Positions 62,123-64,000 of a stretch of 64,000 bases of DNA are shown in pieces. Source of the DNA: Azolla caroliniana (lineage: Eukaryota; Plantae; Polypodiophyta); assembly GCA_043228905.1 (NCBI GenBank), contig JBHGNT010000001.1, positions 10,664,001-10,728,000 of the forward strand. The letters are read 5' to 3'. The notes beneath the pieces are model-generated. The model was not told where the DNA came from. It did no database searches and was given only the letters and a program-made list of their open reading frames with translations. The translations under genes and the position numbers were made by a program. Position 1 is the stretch's first letter; every line of letters starts with the position of its first letter.

Positions 62123-62734
62123 TGTCGTGAAGAAAACCGTCCACGAGCGGAATCGGTGCACAGGAGCGTAGGAACCGGCTCTTCTCGAATGTTGTCCGTA
62201 GAAGATCCTAGGCAGGTAGATTTAGTGGGTAGGAAGTAAAGGGGAAACGGCTCCTTCCTTGCCTATAAAAGGAGGGAGACGCAAAGGGGGAGGGGATCGC
62301 AGAGAGTCGAGGACAAAGTGCTGTCGGTTTGGGTGCGAAGGCTTCTCTCTCTCTCTGGTTCGCGAACTCCATAGCTTCCTTCTGTGCAGGTTTCGGGAGG
62401 CTCGCGCTGCTCTGAGGAATGCCCGAGTGCTTCCGGCAGCACCTCCAACCTACTCCTTCCTTTTTGTGCGTTTACGAACAGGTATCGGCATCTGTTCGCC
62501 GGCCTGTTCGGTTGTAACCGTCTTCGTGTTCTTGCTGTTTGGTCTTTGTTAATACATACATACATTCATGTCTCTCTGTGTCGCTGTCCCACTCGCGTCT
62601 TTGTGTCGAAGGGCCGTGTCCCTGTGAATCTACTCTCGCACGTAGTGGGTCCCTTCTCCTCTCCCTCTTGCTCTTCGGTACAAGACCCCCGAGGTCCCGC
62701 CTCATTCCACGCATCCGCGAGGAAAACCTCGACA
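62123..62734 (+). repeat. Solo LTR (E4-like subfamily) in E6 RT
   Basis: TGTCG...CGACA with perfect TSD GCGG. Confidence 0.96.
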
Positions 62735-63499
62735 GCGGGTCGGTAACAGAGGTCCGAAGGTTCTTGGGGGCGTGTGCGTTCTATCACATCTGGATTCCCC
62801 ACTACGCACACGTTGCGGAATCACTCTACGGGCTACTGAAGAAGGGACGTGAGTTCGAATGGGGAAAGGAGCATACAGAGTCGATCCGAAGACTGAAAGA
62901 GAGGCTTACTGTGGCACCGGCTCTCCGGAAAGCGGTTAACGGCAAGGAGATCCCAATCTACGTAACCGTAGATACGAGCCCGACCGGGATAGGATGGGTG
63001 ATGAATTAGGAGGACGAGAGCGGCACGCAATTCCCGATCCGGTTCGGGGCGAAGGTTCTCAGTGAGCGACAACGAGGATACGCCCAAGTTAAGCGCGAAC
63101 TGTGGGGTATCGTTCCGGCGGTTAAAGCCGATAAAGACTACCTGATCGGGCCAGAAGTAATCATCGAGACAGACTGCCTCCCGATCCTCGGTATGGTTTC
63201 CAGATGCGCGACTTCGGACCTAGCAATGCTCAGGTGGATCGCGAACATTAAGTCCCTAGGTTCGGAGATACGAAACATCTCCAGAAAGGACAACACCATG
63301 GCTGACATGCTTTCTAGAGCACGGTTCAACGACGAGAACTGCATGGTTTCAGAGGACGAAGAAGTCCGTGTAGACTTCTTTGAGTCGGCTTGTGTAGCGA
63401 CAAGGGCAGGGAACACTCCAGTGCTCAACGACTTCAATGAGAGCGAGTACGACAGGGAGTGGCTCCAGATTGGATGGTTCCTAAGGACAATGACACCGG

Positions 63500-63596
63500 T
63501 GTCGTGTTGTTACGCTCTCGCATGTGAAATGAGGCGGGACCGTGGGGGCCCTGAACCAAGGAGCATGAGAAAGAAGAGGGAGAGCGATTCACTCGA

Positions 63597-63627
<31 letters not shown>

Positions 63628-64000
63628 AGGGCATAGAAGATTCAATTACAATGTCAACAACGGTTACAACCGGTAAGCCGGCAACAGACCCAAAACGGAG
63701 GTCCCACGCACACACACGGACGACACAGAGAACGCACGGAGGAGCCTCTATTGGAAGCACATAAGCTTACACTTAGTAGAGGCAACCGACATAGAAACGT
63801 GGCAGGGAGCAACTGTTGAGGAGGAGAGAGCTCGGTCCCCAGTCCGACAGCACTTCGTCCTCGCCAAAACATGATATACTCTTCCGCCTTCTCCCCTCCC
63901 TTTTATAGGTCGCTCAAGGCGCCGTTACATCAATCTCCTCAACTTTATTCCCTGTCCCCTCGGATAGAGATTCACATCGATTCCCTAGACAATTAATACC
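63500..64000 (-). repeat. E8: Trp-family LTR in reverse orientation, cut by the window end
   Basis: Reverse-complement U5 box GGCGGGACCGTGGGGG, CGACAGCACTTCGTCC and TATA box; flank CCGG. Confidence 0.88.

Larger units (their letters stand above)
53025..63499 (+). mobile_element. E6: old, degenerate Trp-family Gypsy. 5' LTR 53025-53660, gag from 53705, pol to at least 63499; interrupted by the hAT, a solo LTR and E8.
   Basis: LTR termini, PBS, and gag/pol homology with many stops. RT deletion near 61962. Left flank ACGG. Confidence 0.93.

Overview
The window is eukaryotic transposon-nest DNA with no recognisable host gene. A land plant is inferred from the plant tRNA-Trp and iMet primer sites; a non-seed plant is plausible but unproven. 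Most of it is one GC/CpG-rich Ty3/Gypsy family: LTRs TGTCG...CGACA, an 18-nt tRNA-Trp PBS, gag-protease in one ORF, a -1 frameshift into RT-RNaseH-integrase, and no chromodomain. There are ten insertions: four full-length (547-7850, 11470-18517, 20194-27060, 39520-46748), four cut by the window edges, and two solo LTRs. They sit inside an AT-rich chromovirus-type Gypsy, two Ty1/Copia elements and an L1-type LINE, and a complete hAT DNA transposon lies inside one of them. The junctions give a six-level nest. Four observations stand out. (1) The Trp-primed family makes 4-bp target duplications centred on CpG at 9 of 10 junctions. (2) It has a conserved GGAUUUU slippery site and a covarying H-type pseudoknot placed after the protease. 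(3) It has a covarying, retrovirus-like U5/PBS/leader RNA fold. (4) One Copia has an ORF running about 200 aa past RNase H, between two PPT-like tracts. All coordinates were read by eye, and clade names are inferences.
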